A DNA stretch of 32,000 bases from Synechocystis sp. PCC 6803 substr. PCC-P (GTDB lineage: Bacteria; Cyanobacteriota; Cyanobacteriia; Cyanobacteriales; Microcystaceae), in NCBI RefSeq assembly GCF_000284455.1, contig NC_017039.1, positions 2,880,001 to 2,912,000 of the forward strand. The letters run 5' to 3'. Positions 8,394 through 17,916 of the stretch are shown piece after piece. The notes beneath the pieces are model-generated. The model was not told the DNA's origin, did not search any database, and saw only the letters and a program-made list of their open reading frames with translations. Made by a program: the position numbers and the translations under genes. Position 1 is the first letter of the stretch, and each line of letters starts with the position of its first letter.

Positions 8394-9026
8394 ATGGGTT
8401 ACATCGCCGTCGTTGATTATGATATGGGCAATCTCCACTCCGTCTGTAAGGGTTTGGAGAAAGTGGGAGGCAATCCCCTGGTAACGGACCAGGCCCACGT
8501 TATCGACGGTGCTACGGCTATTGTCCTGCCGGGGGTAGGTTCCTTTGATCCAGCGGTGCAGCATTTGCGGGCCAGGGGTTTGGAAGAGGTGCTCAAAACG
8601 GCGATCGCCAAGGGAATTCCTTTTTTGGGCATTTGTTTAGGTTCCCAACTGCTATTTGACAGTTCTGAAGAAGGCCAGGAAACGGGGCTGGGCATTATTC
8701 CCGGACAAGTGAAACATTTCCGTTCCGAGCCGGGACTGACCATTCCCCACATGGGCTGGAATGGATTGCAGTTTAACCAACCGGATTTATGTCTCTGGCA
8801 AGATTTACCCCCGGAACCCCAAGTTTACTTCGTCCACTCCTACTACATGGCTCCCCTTGATCCCCAGGTAATTGCCGCTAGTACCACCCACGGCAGTCAA
8901 ACCATCGCAGCGGCGATCGCCAAGGATAATGTGATGGCGGTGCAATTCCACCCGGAAAAATCCTCCACCCTGGGGCTAAAAATTTTGGCTAACTTTGTCA
9001 AAAAAGTTGCTTTGAGCGATATTTAA
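8394..9026 (+). CDS. hisH: imidazole glycerol phosphate synthase, glutamine amidotransferase subunit
   Basis: IAVVDYDMGNLHSV, LPGVGSF, the catalytic-Cys motif GICLGSQLLF, VHSYY and QFHPEKS match the class I GATase HisH. Confidence 0.92.
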   Translation: MGYIAVVDYDMGNLHSVCKGLEKVGGNPLVTDQAHVIDGATAIVLPGVGSFDPAVQHLRARGLEEVLKTAIAKGIPFLGICLGSQLLFDSSEEGQETGLGIIPGQVKHFRSEPGLTIPHMGWNGLQFNQPDLCLWQDLPPEPQVYFVHSYYMAPLDPQVIAASTTHGSQTIAAAIAKDNVMAVQFHPEKSSTLGLKILANFVKKVALSDI

Positions 9027-9028
9027 CC

Positions 9029-10840
9029 CTACCAAGTATCGTGATTGGTGACCGTTGCTTGCAATTTTTCCAACACTTCCGTTACAGGAATTTCCCCCAA
9101 TTCCCCCGAAGCCCTGGTGCGGATATTGAGGGCATTAGCTTCCACTTCCTTCGCTCCAATTACCGCCATAACCGGGATTTTTTGCTTCTCCGCATTGCGG
9201 ATCATTTTTCCTAGGCGATCGCCACTGGTATCCACTTCGGCCCGTAAACCCAAAGATTGCATTTGTTGGACAATGGATTGGGCAAAGGGTAAAAACTCAT
9301 CACTCACCGCCAGTAAGCGAACTTGAATGGGAGCTAACCAGAGGGGAAAATCCCCCGCATACTCTTCAATTAAAATGCCGATTAACCTTTCCAAGGAACC
9401 GAAGGGGGCCCGGTGAATCATTACAGGGCGTTGGCGGGAACCATCGGCGGCAATGTACTCCAAATCAAACCTTTCTGGTAAGTTGTAATCCACCTGCACG
9501 GTGCCCAGTTGCCATTCCCGTTCCAGGGCGTCTTGGAAAATGAAATCTAGTTTGGGGCCGTAGAAAGCCGCTTCCCCTGGGGCTTCAAAATAATCCATCT
9601 CTAATTCCTGCACCGCCCGACGGATAGCTCCCTGGGCCTTTTCCCAAGCTTCATCGGAGCCAATGTATTTGTCGGATTCTGGATCCCGGAAAGAGAGGCG
9701 GGCTTTAAAGTTTTTCAGTTGCAAACTTTTAAACACGGTCAGAATCAGATCCACTACGCTCAAAAATTCCTCGTCTAACTGATCTGGAGTAACGAATAAA
9801 TGGGAATCGTCCACCGTAAAGCCCCGCACCCTGGTTAATCCCCCCAGTTCCCCCGATTGCTCGTAGCGATAAACAGTACCAAATTCCGCTAACCGTAGGG
9901 GCAAATCCCGATAGGAGCGCAGTTCACTCTTGTAAATTTGAATGTGGAAAGGGCAGTTCATCGGTTTAAGCACAAAGCCCATTTCCTGCGCCGCTTCCTC
10001 GGGAGATTCCGCCATCATGGGGAACATATCTTCCTGGTATTTCTGCCAATGCCCCGATTGTTTAAATAGATCTACCCGGGCGATGTGGGGGGTAACCACG
10101 GGCAAATAACCCCTTTTAATTTGTTCTTGCTTGAGAAAATCCTCCAAAATGGTGCGGATAATGGTCCCCTTGGGAGTCCAGAGGGGTAAACCGGGGCCCA
10201 CTGGGTCAGCAAAAATAAATAGCCCCAATTCTTTGCCTAATTTACGGTGATCTCTTTTGAGAGCTTCTTCCTTGCGCCGTTGGTATTCCGCCAATTGTTC
10301 CGGGGTTTCCCAAGCAGTACCGTAAATCCGTTGGAGCTGAGCTTTGTTGGCATCCCCCCGCCAGTAGGCCCCGGCCACACTTTCTAAGGCGATCGCCTTG
10401 GGATTAATGTCCGCCGTGGATTCCAAATGGGGCCCAGCACAAAGATCCCACCATTGATCCCCCAGATGGTAAACGGTGATGGGTTCGTGGATGCTGTCGA
10501 GGATTTCTAATTTGTAGGGTTCTTGGATGGATTCAATTCTTTGTTTAGCCTCTTCCCGACTAATTTCTTCTCGAATTACTGGCAATTTTTTATTGATGAT
10601 TTTCACCATCTCTTTTTTGATGGCCTTTAAATCTGCCTCTGTAAACGGTTCTGCCACATCAAAATCGTAGTAAAACCCCGTTTCCGTCCAGGGACCAATG
10701 GTCACTTGGGCTTTGGGAAAAAGTTTCTGCACCGCCATGGCCATGACGTGGGAAGTGGTGTGGCGGATTTTTTTTAGTTGCTCCGACTCACTGGTACGGG
10801 GAAGGGCAATGGTATCGGGGGAAACTACGGTTTTGGCCAT
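9029..10840 (-). CDS. thrS: threonine--tRNA ligase (lacks the N-terminal TGS domain)
   Basis: Editing-domain HxxxH (IRHTTSHVMAMAVQKLFP), AGAYWRGD, RDHRKLGKELGLF, class II core motifs (FRDPESD..., HRAPFGSLERLIGILIE) and an anticodon-binding C-terminus. It aligns with E. coli ThrRS from about residue 70 onward. Confidence 0.95.
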   Translation of the reverse strand: MAKTVVSPDTIALPRTSESEQLKKIRHTTSHVMAMAVQKLFPKAQVTIGPWTETGFYYDFDVAEPFTEADLKAIKKEMVKIINKKLPVIREEISREEAKQRIESIQEPYKLEILDSIHEPITVYHLGDQWWDLCAGPHLESTADINPKAIALESVAGAYWRGDANKAQLQRIYGTAWETPEQLAEYQRRKEEALKRDHRKLGKELGLFIFADPVGPGLPLWTPKGTIIRTILEDFLKQEQIKRGYLPVVTPHIARVDLFKQSGHWQKYQEDMFPMMAESPEEAAQEMGFVLKPMNCPFHIQIYKSELRSYRDLPLRLAEFGTVYRYEQSGELGGLTRVRGFTVDDSHLFVTPDQLDEEFLSVVDLILTVFKSLQLKNFKARLSFRDPESDKYIGSDEAWEKAQGAIRRAVQELEMDYFEAPGEAAFYGPKLDFIFQDALEREWQLGTVQVDYNLPERFDLEYIAADGSRQRPVMIHRAPFGSLERLIGILIEEYAGDFPLWLAPIQVRLLAVSDEFLPFAQSIVQQMQSLGLRAEVDTSGDRLGKMIRNAEKQKIPVMAVIGAKEVEANALNIRTRASGELGEIPVTEVLEKLQATVTNHDTW

Positions 10841-11011
10841 GGATTGTGTTTACAAAAAGTTTTCAGACGAAGGAATTCAGCCCTTTCCCATGATACTTGA
10901 TCCGCTCCCGCCCCCCACTGGGTTGAAGGTTAGACCCATGCTGCTGGTCGAAATCTGGCCCATGGGAACAGGTTATAATCCAAGGCGTTTTCCTTCATCT
11001 CTGGTTTTGTC

Positions 11012-12607
11012 GTGCCCTACGCCATTGATTTTGGTACTACCAATACCGTCATTGCTCGCTGGAATGAAGCAACCCGTCAGGGAAATTTAATTGACCTCCC
11101 CTCCCTGAGCCATCCCCTGGGGGATAGTGGCCCTTTGGTTCCCAGTTTGCTATATGTGGAAAATGCCGCCCTCGGCCAAGTGGCGATCGCCAGGGAAGTG
11201 CTGGATCGGGGCAGGGATATTTCTACGGATACCAGGTTTTTTAAGAACTTTAAGCGGGGCATTGGGGTGGCAGTGCAGGGATTTTTGCCCCAATTGGATG
11301 GCCATACCTTGTCCTTAGAGACATTGGGGCAGTGGTATTTAGATAAATTGATCCGAATATTGACAGAGCAGGAGGGTCAAGGGCCGGATTGTTTGGCTTT
11401 AACGGTGCCGGTGGATAGCTTTGAATCCTATCGCCATTGGCTGAGTCACACCTGTCGCAGTTGGGGAGTGGAAGAAGTACGCCTGGTGGATGAACCGACC
11501 GCCGCCGCATTGGGTTACGGAGTGGGGGATGCCAGTCAAATCTTGGTGTTGGATTTTGGTGGGGGAACGGTGGATTTTTCCTGGGTGCAATTGGGGGACA
11601 GAGGACAAAAGGGTCGTTCGGGATTTTTGCTCAAATGGGGCGGTATTCTTGGGGGTTCTAAAGCGGAGGAAAAATCAGCCCTGGCCAAGGTATTGGCGAA
11701 AGCGGGGGCCAATTTGGGCGGGAGTGACATCGATTATTGGATTAGTGAATATTTCACCGAGGCTCAGGGTTTACAGGTTTCCCCCTGGATTAGACGATTA
11801 GCGGAAAGATTGAAAATTGCCCTAGGGGAAGCGGAAGAAGCCACAGAGGTTTACTTCGACGATCAAGCCCTGGAATCCTATGAATTTCAACTACGGCGAT
11901 CGGACTTAACAGAAATTTTGCAACAACGGCAATTTTTTGAACGATTAACAGCCCTGTGGGAACAGGTTCAGCAAACGGCCCAACGGCGAGGTTTGACTCC
12001 CGCTAACCTGGATGCAGTGTTGGTGGTGGGGGGCACCAGTCAATTGCCCATGGTGCAGGATTGGATTAACGCCCAATTTCCCGCCGGTAAAATTCGCAAT
12101 CAACAACCCTTTGGGGCGATCGCCTTGGGAGCGTTGCAAATTTACCAAGGCCGTGAGGTGCAGGATTATCTCTACCATAGCTACGGAGTTAGGTATTGGA
12201 ATCGGCGTAAAAATAGCCATAATTGGCACCCAATTATTAAAAATGGGCAAACCTACCCCATGGCCGAACCCATTGAATTAACCCTAGGCGCTTCCTTGGA
12301 TAATCAGCCCAGCATTGAATTAATTGTGGGGGAACTAGGTTCCAGCATTGGGGCTACGGAAGTTTACTTTGACGGTAATCAGTTAATTACCAGGGTTTTA
12401 GAAAATCAAGCATTCACGGTCCAACCCCTCAATGACCGCAATGGGGCCCGACAAATTGCCCAACTTTCTCCCCCTGGGGTGCCCGGTGGCGATCGCATCA
12501 AGGTCAAATTTTGGGTAGATGACCAGCGCTACCTGCGTCTGACGGTGGAGGATTTGTTGCAGCAAAAGCTGTTACTGGAAAATCAAGTGGTAGCCCAGTT
12601 GCGTTAG
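11012..12607 (+). CDS. Hsp70/DnaK-like ATPase, short form without the helical lid
   Basis: GTG start. Actin-fold phosphate motifs are YAIDFGTTNTVIA, LVDEPTAAALGYG, VLDFGGGTVDFS and VLVVGGTSQLPMV. The C-terminal beta-rich segment (IKVKFWVDDQRYLRLTVEDL) resembles the end of an Hsp70 substrate-binding beta-sandwich. Confidence 0.85.
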   Translation: MPYAIDFGTTNTVIARWNEATRQGNLIDLPSLSHPLGDSGPLVPSLLYVENAALGQVAIAREVLDRGRDISTDTRFFKNFKRGIGVAVQGFLPQLDGHTLSLETLGQWYLDKLIRILTEQEGQGPDCLALTVPVDSFESYRHWLSHTCRSWGVEEVRLVDEPTAAALGYGVGDASQILVLDFGGGTVDFSWVQLGDRGQKGRSGFLLKWGGILGGSKAEEKSALAKVLAKAGANLGGSDIDYWISEYFTEAQGLQVSPWIRRLAERLKIALGEAEEATEVYFDDQALESYEFQLRRSDLTEILQQRQFFERLTALWEQVQQTAQRRGLTPANLDAVLVVGGTSQLPMVQDWINAQFPAGKIRNQQPFGAIALGALQIYQGREVQDYLYHSYGVRYWNRRKNSHNWHPIIKNGQTYPMAEPIELTLGASLDNQPSIELIVGELGSSIGATEVYFDGNQLITRVLENQAFTVQPLNDRNGARQIAQLSPPGVPGGDRIKVKFWVDDQRYLRLTVEDLLQQKLLLENQVVAQLR

Positions 12608-12773
12608 TTTTTCTACCAAAAAGAATATTTACCGGGAAGTATTAATTAACTTCCATCGCCGGGGATTAGTGGAGCACGATCCTCATCAATACCTTGCCCA
12701 GGGAAAAATTCATTCCAGGCGATCGCCACGGTCAGGATAAAATGTTCTACCCGAAGTCGAGGCCAATTTTTTT

Positions 12774-14402
12774 ATGATCACCACCGATGTTGTCATTATT
12801 GGGGCGGGGCACAATGGCTTAGTCTGTGCAGCCTATTTGCTCCAACGGGGCTTGGGGGTGACGTTACTAGAAAAGCGGGAAGTACCAGGGGGGGCGGCCA
12901 CCACAGAAGCTCTCATGCCGGAGCTATCCCCCCAGTTTCGCTTTAACCGCTGTGCCATTGACCACGAATTTATCTTTCTGGGGCCGGTGTTGCAGGAGCT
13001 AAATTTAGCCCAGTATGGTTTGGAATATTTATTTTGTGACCCCAGTGTTTTTTGTCCGGGGCTGGATGGCCAAGCTTTTATGAGCTACCGTTCCCTAGAA
13101 AAAACCTGTGCCCACATTGCCACCTATAGCCCCCGAGATGCGGAAAAATATCGGCAATTTGTCAATTATTGGACGGATTTGCTCAACGCTGTCCAGCCTG
13201 CTTTTAATGCTCCGCCCCAGGCTTTACTAGATTTAGCCCTGAACTATGGTTGGGAAAACTTAAAATCCGTGCTGGCGATCGCCGGGTCGAAAACCAAGGC
13301 GTTGGATTTTATCCGCACTATGATCGGCTCCCCGGAAGATGTGCTCAATGAATGGTTCGACAGCGAACGGGTTAAAGCTCCTTTAGCTAGACTATGTTCG
13401 GAAATTGGCGCTCCCCCATCCCAAAAGGGTAGTAGCTCCGGCATGATGATGGTGGCCATGCGGCATTTGGAGGGAATTGCCAGACCAAAAGGAGGCACTG
13501 GAGCCCTCACAGAAGCCTTGGTGAAGTTAGTGCAAGCCCAAGGGGGAAAAATCCTCACTGACCAAACCGTCAAACGGGTATTGGTGGAAAACAACCAGGC
13601 GATCGGGGTGGAGGTAGCTAACGGAGAACAGTACCGGGCCAAAAAAGGCGTGATTTCTAACATCGATGCCCGCCGTTTATTTTTGCAATTGGTGGAACCG
13701 GGGGCCCTAGCCAAGGTGAATCAAAACCTAGGGGAACGACTGGAACGGCGCACTGTGAACAATAACGAAGCCATTTTAAAAATCGATTGTGCCCTCTCCG
13801 GTTTACCCCACTTCACTGCCATGGCCGGGCCGGAGGATCTAACGGGAACTATTTTGATTGCCGACTCGGTACGCCATGTCGAGGAAGCCCACGCCCTCAT
13901 TGCCTTGGGGCAAATTCCCGATGCTAATCCGTCTTTATATTTGGATATTCCCACTGTATTGGACCCCACCATGGCCCCCCCTGGGCAGCACACCCTCTGG
14001 ATCGAATTTTTTGCCCCCTACCGCATCGCCGGGTTGGAAGGGACAGGGTTAATGGGCACAGGTTGGACCGATGAGTTAAAGGAAAAAGTGGCGGATCGGG
14101 TGATTGATAAATTAACGGACTATGCCCCTAACCTAAAATCTCTGATCATTGGTCGCCGAGTGGAAAGTCCCGCCGAACTGGCCCAACGGCTGGGAAGTTA
14201 CAACGGCAATGTCTATCATCTGGATATGAGTTTGGACCAAATGATGTTCCTCCGGCCTCTACCGGAAATTGCCAACTACCAAACCCCCATCAAAAATCTT
14301 TACTTAACAGGGGCGGGTACCCATCCCGGTGGCTCCATATCAGGTATGCCCGGTAGAAATTGCGCTCGGGTCTTTTTAAAACAACAACGTCGTTTTTGGT
14401 AA
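12774..14402 (+). CDS. crtO: CrtI-family FAD-dependent carotenoid oxidoreductase (beta-carotene ketolase CrtO as I recall the locus)
   Basis: N-terminal dinucleotide-binding fold VVIIGAGHNGLVCAAYL...LEKREVPGGA. It has the length and architecture of the phytoene-desaturase superfamily and the C-terminal LYLTGAGTHPGGSISG motif. The specific CrtO call rests on recognising the locus, not on diagnostic residues. Confidence 0.8.
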   Translation: MITTDVVIIGAGHNGLVCAAYLLQRGLGVTLLEKREVPGGAATTEALMPELSPQFRFNRCAIDHEFIFLGPVLQELNLAQYGLEYLFCDPSVFCPGLDGQAFMSYRSLEKTCAHIATYSPRDAEKYRQFVNYWTDLLNAVQPAFNAPPQALLDLALNYGWENLKSVLAIAGSKTKALDFIRTMIGSPEDVLNEWFDSERVKAPLARLCSEIGAPPSQKGSSSGMMMVAMRHLEGIARPKGGTGALTEALVKLVQAQGGKILTDQTVKRVLVENNQAIGVEVANGEQYRAKKGVISNIDARRLFLQLVEPGALAKVNQNLGERLERRTVNNNEAILKIDCALSGLPHFTAMAGPEDLTGTILIADSVRHVEEAHALIALGQIPDANPSLYLDIPTVLDPTMAPPGQHTLWIEFFAPYRIAGLEGTGLMGTGWTDELKEKVADRVIDKLTDYAPNLKSLIIGRRVESPAELAQRLGSYNGNVYHLDMSLDQMMFLRPLPEIANYQTPIKNLYLTGAGTHPGGSISGMPGRNCARVFLKQQRRFW

Positions 14403-14484
14403 AGCAGAAAGCCTAAATCAACATACTAAAAAATGCCTATGGTTCATCATCGGGGTGTATGGCAAGTGAAGCTCAAAATGATAA

Positions 14485-15438
14485 ATGGTTTACCATGTTA
14501 GGCCTAAGCACGCCCTGTTCTTAGCATTCTATTGTTATTTCTCTTTGCTTACCATGGCCAGCGCCACCATTGCCAGTGCAGACCTCTACGAAAAAATTAA
14601 AAATTTCTACGACGACTCCAGCGGTCTCTGGGAAGACGTTTGGGGTGAGCATATGCACCACGGCTACTACGGTCCCCACGGCACCTATCGGATCGATCGC
14701 CGCCAGGCTCAAATTGATCTGATCAAAGAACTATTGGCCTGGGCAGTGCCCCAAAATAGCGCCAAACCACGAAAAATTCTCGATTTAGGCTGTGGCATTG
14801 GCGGCAGTAGTTTGTACTTGGCCCAGCAACACCAAGCAGAAGTGATGGGGGCTAGTCTTTCCCCAGTGCAGGTGGAACGGGCGGGGGAAAGGGCCAGGGC
14901 CCTGGGGTTGGGCTCAACCTGCCAGTTTCAGGTGGCCAATGCCTTGGATTTGCCCTTTGCTTCCGATTCCTTTGACTGGGTTTGGTCGTTGGAAAGTGGG
15001 GAGCACATGCCCAACAAAGCTCAGTTTTTACAAGAAGCTTGGCGGGTACTTAAACCAGGTGGCCGTCTGATTTTAGCGACCTGGTGTCATCGTCCCATTG
15101 ATCCCGGCAATGGCCCCCTGACTGCCGATGAACGTCGCCATCTCCAAGCCATCTATGACGTTTACTGTTTGCCCTATGTGGTTTCCCTGCCGGACTACGA
15201 GGCGATCGCCAGGGAATGTGGGTTTGGGGAAATTAAGACTGCCGATTGGTCAGTGGCGGTGGCACCTTTTTGGGACCGGGTGATTGAGTCTGCGTTCGAT
15301 CCCCGGGTGTTGTGGGCCTTGGGGCAAGCGGGGCCAAAAATTATCAATGCCGCCCTGTGTTTACGATTAATGAAATGGGGCTATGAACGGGGATTAGTGC
15401 GTTTTGGCTTATTAACGGGGATAAAGCCTTTAGTTTGA
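14485..15438 (+). CDS. gamma-tocopherol methyltransferase (class I SAM-dependent)
   Basis: SAM motif I is ILDLGCGIGGSSLYLA. WSLESGEHMPNK and LKPGGRLILATWCHR match plant and cyanobacterial gamma-TMT (VTE4 type). It lies directly upstream of HPPD. An alternative internal start is the ATG at 14554. Confidence 0.85.
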   Translation: MVYHVRPKHALFLAFYCYFSLLTMASATIASADLYEKIKNFYDDSSGLWEDVWGEHMHHGYYGPHGTYRIDRRQAQIDLIKELLAWAVPQNSAKPRKILDLGCGIGGSSLYLAQQHQAEVMGASLSPVQVERAGERARALGLGSTCQFQVANALDLPFASDSFDWVWSLESGEHMPNKAQFLQEAWRVLKPGGRLILATWCHRPIDPGNGPLTADERRHLQAIYDVYCLPYVVSLPDYEAIARECGFGEIKTADWSVAVAPFWDRVIESAFDPRVLWALGQAGPKIINAALCLRLMKWGYERGLVRFGLLTGIKPLV

Positions 15439-15461
15439 AGTCCACAATCTCCTAGGTAATT

Positions 15462-16481
15462 ATGGAATTCGACTATCTTCATTTATACGTTGACGATTAT
15501 CAGTCAGCTCATCGTTGTTATCAACGTCAATGGGGTTTCACTTGCGTAAATAAAATTATTACTGACCAAGGAATTACTGGCATCTACCAACAGGGGCAAA
15601 TACTTCTGCTAATTTCGGCATCGGAATCTAGTTTGAGTAGATATGCCGACTATCTCCAGAAACATCCCCCCGGCGTAGGTGAAGTCGCTTGGCAGGTGGC
15701 CAATTGGCAAAAAATTCAGCATCAATTATCAGAATTACAGATAGAAACCACACCAGTTATTCATCCTCTGACTAAAGCAGAAGGATTAACTTTTTTGCTC
15801 TGGGGAGATGTGCACCATAGCATTTATCCTGTTCGTTCTGAGCTAAATCAGAATAAAACATTGCATGGTGTTGGTTTAACGACCATCGACCATGTGGTGC
15901 TAAACATTGCCGCCGATCAATTTACCCAGGCTTCCCAATGGTATCAACAGGTGTTTGGCTGGTCGGTGCAGCAGAGTTTTACTGTCAATACGCCCCATTC
16001 TGGTCTGTATAGCGAAGCCCTGGCCAGTGCCAATGGGAAAGTCCAATTTAACCTCAATTGTCCCACCAATAACAGTTCCCAAATTCAAACTTTTTTAGCC
16101 AATAACCATGGGGCTGGTATTCAACATGTCGCTTTTTCCACTACGAGTATTACGCGAACTGTGGCTCATCTGCGGGAAAGGGGCGTAAATTTTTTAAAAA
16201 TCCCCACTGGCTATTATCAACAGCAAAGAAACAGTAGCTATTTTAATTATGCAAGTTTGGATTGGGATACCTTACAGTGCCTAGAAATTTTGCTGGATGA
16301 TCAAGATAATACGGGGGAGCGATTACTGCTACAAATTTTTAGTCAGCCTTGCTATGGAGTAGGCACTCTATTTTGGGAAATTATTGAACGCCGCCACCGG
16401 GCAAAAGGATTTGGTCAAGGAAACTTTCAAGCTCTCTATGAAGCGGTGGAGACTTTAGAAAAACAGTTAGAAGTGCCATAA
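15462..16481 (+). CDS. hppD: 4-hydroxyphenylpyruvate dioxygenase
   Basis: Two vicinal-oxygen-chelate modules (IDHVVLNI..., GIQHVAF) and the C-terminal HPPD signature LLLQIFSQP...FWEIIERR...GFGQGNFQALYEAVE. Confidence 0.87.
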   Translation: MEFDYLHLYVDDYQSAHRCYQRQWGFTCVNKIITDQGITGIYQQGQILLLISASESSLSRYADYLQKHPPGVGEVAWQVANWQKIQHQLSELQIETTPVIHPLTKAEGLTFLLWGDVHHSIYPVRSELNQNKTLHGVGLTTIDHVVLNIAADQFTQASQWYQQVFGWSVQQSFTVNTPHSGLYSEALASANGKVQFNLNCPTNNSSQIQTFLANNHGAGIQHVAFSTTSITRTVAHLRERGVNFLKIPTGYYQQQRNSSYFNYASLDWDTLQCLEILLDDQDNTGERLLLQIFSQPCYGVGTLFWEIIERRHRAKGFGQGNFQALYEAVETLEKQLEVP

Positions 16482-16537
16482 TAACTTGGGTTAGGTTATC
16501 AATAACTTGTGTGCGTTACTAAAGCATAATTAACATT

Positions 16538-17908
16538 ATGAATACTGCTAAAACTGTTGTTGCTGAGCAAAGGGACTTTTTTCGTCAGGGCAAAACTAAA
16601 TCAGTCCAAGATAGATTAACAGCTCTAGCAAAATTAAAAACGCAAATTCAAGCCCAGGAAGAGGAAATTATTAAGGCCCTTAAGCAAGATTTTGGTAAGC
16701 CCACCTTTGAAAGCTATGTAAACGAAATTTTGGGGGTAATTAGGGAAATTAATTATTATCAAAAACATCTTCAGCAATGGTCTAAGCCCCAACGGGTAGG
16801 TACGAATCTGATGGTTTTTCCTGCCAGTGCCCAGTTAAGACCAGAACCCCTTGGTGTAGTGCTAATTATTAGCCCCTGGAATTATCCTTTTTATCTTTGT
16901 TTAATGCCCTTGATCGGGGCGATCGCCGCTGGAAATTGTGTGGTGGTAAAGCCGTCGGAATATACTCCAGCTATTAGTGGGGTAATTACCAGATTAATCC
17001 AAAATGTATTTTCCCCGGCTTGGGCAACAGTGGTGGAGGGAGATGAAACCATTAGCCAACAATTGTTACAGGAAAAATTTGACCATATTTTCTTTACCGG
17101 CAGCCCTAGGGTGGGTCGGTTAATTATGGCAGCTGCGGCAGAGCAATTAACCCCAGTTACGTTGGAATTGGGGGGTAAATCTCCCTGTGTGGTGGATAGG
17201 GAAATCAACCTCCAGGAAACAGCCAAACGCATTATGTGGGGCAAGCTAGTCAATGCTGGCCAAACCTGTGTGGCACCGGATTATTTATTGGTGGAGCAAT
17301 CCTGCTTAGAACAACTTTTACCAGCTTTACAACAGGCAATTCAGATGCTTTTCGGGGAAAATCCAGCCCATAGCCCTGACTACACTCGCATTGTTAACCA
17401 ACAACAATGGTCACGGTTAGTTAGTTTATTAAGCCATGGCAAAGTAATTACAAGGGGAGATCATAACGAAGGCGATCGCTACATTGCCCCAACTTTAATC
17501 ATCGATCCAGATTTAAATTCTCCCTTAATGCAAGAGGAAATATTTGGCCCAATTTTGCCAATTTTAACTTATCAGAGTTTGTCAGAAGCAATAGATTTTA
17601 TTAACATCAAACCTAAACCATTGGCACTTTATTTTTTTAGCAATAATCGGCAAAAACAGGAGGAAATTTTGCAATCTACCAGTTCCGGTAGTGTTTGTTT
17701 GAACGATATTTTGCTTCATTTAACTGTGACAGACTTACCCTTTGGTGGGGTGGGAGAAAGTGGTATGGGACGCTACCATGGCAAGGCTACTTTTGACACA
17801 TTGAGCAATTATAAAAGCATTTTACGACGACCCTTTTGGGGGGAAACTAATTTACGCTATTCTCCCTATGGCAAAAAAATGAATTTAATCAAAAAGTTGT
17901 TCTCCTAG
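16538..17908 (+). CDS. class-3-type NAD(P)+ aldehyde dehydrogenase
   Basis: ISPWNYPF, FTGSPRVG, catalytic Glu in LELGGKSP, catalytic Cys in GQTCVAPDY, and EEIFGPILP. The length (456 aa) is typical of ALDH3/fatty-aldehyde dehydrogenases. Confidence 0.9.
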   Translation: MNTAKTVVAEQRDFFRQGKTKSVQDRLTALAKLKTQIQAQEEEIIKALKQDFGKPTFESYVNEILGVIREINYYQKHLQQWSKPQRVGTNLMVFPASAQLRPEPLGVVLIISPWNYPFYLCLMPLIGAIAAGNCVVVKPSEYTPAISGVITRLIQNVFSPAWATVVEGDETISQQLLQEKFDHIFFTGSPRVGRLIMAAAAEQLTPVTLELGGKSPCVVDREINLQETAKRIMWGKLVNAGQTCVAPDYLLVEQSCLEQLLPALQQAIQMLFGENPAHSPDYTRIVNQQQWSRLVSLLSHGKVITRGDHNEGDRYIAPTLIIDPDLNSPLMQEEIFGPILPILTYQSLSEAIDFINIKPKPLALYFFSNNRQKQEEILQSTSSGSVCLNDILLHLTVTDLPFGGVGESGMGRYHGKATFDTLSNYKSILRRPFWGETNLRYSPYGKKMNLIKKLFS

Positions 17909-17916
17909 GATTATTC

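Noticed and set aside
12636-12655. GGAAGT-N8-ACTTCC hairpin after the Hsp70-like gene
   Set aside because: It is only 6 bp, AT-rich and has no following U-tract, which is too weak to call a terminator.
13244-13714. 156-aa antisense ORF inside crtO
   Set aside because: It lies entirely within a well-supported FAD-oxidoreductase gene on the opposite strand. It has no recognisable motifs, and its Arg/Ser/Pro-rich composition is typical of antisense read-through frames.
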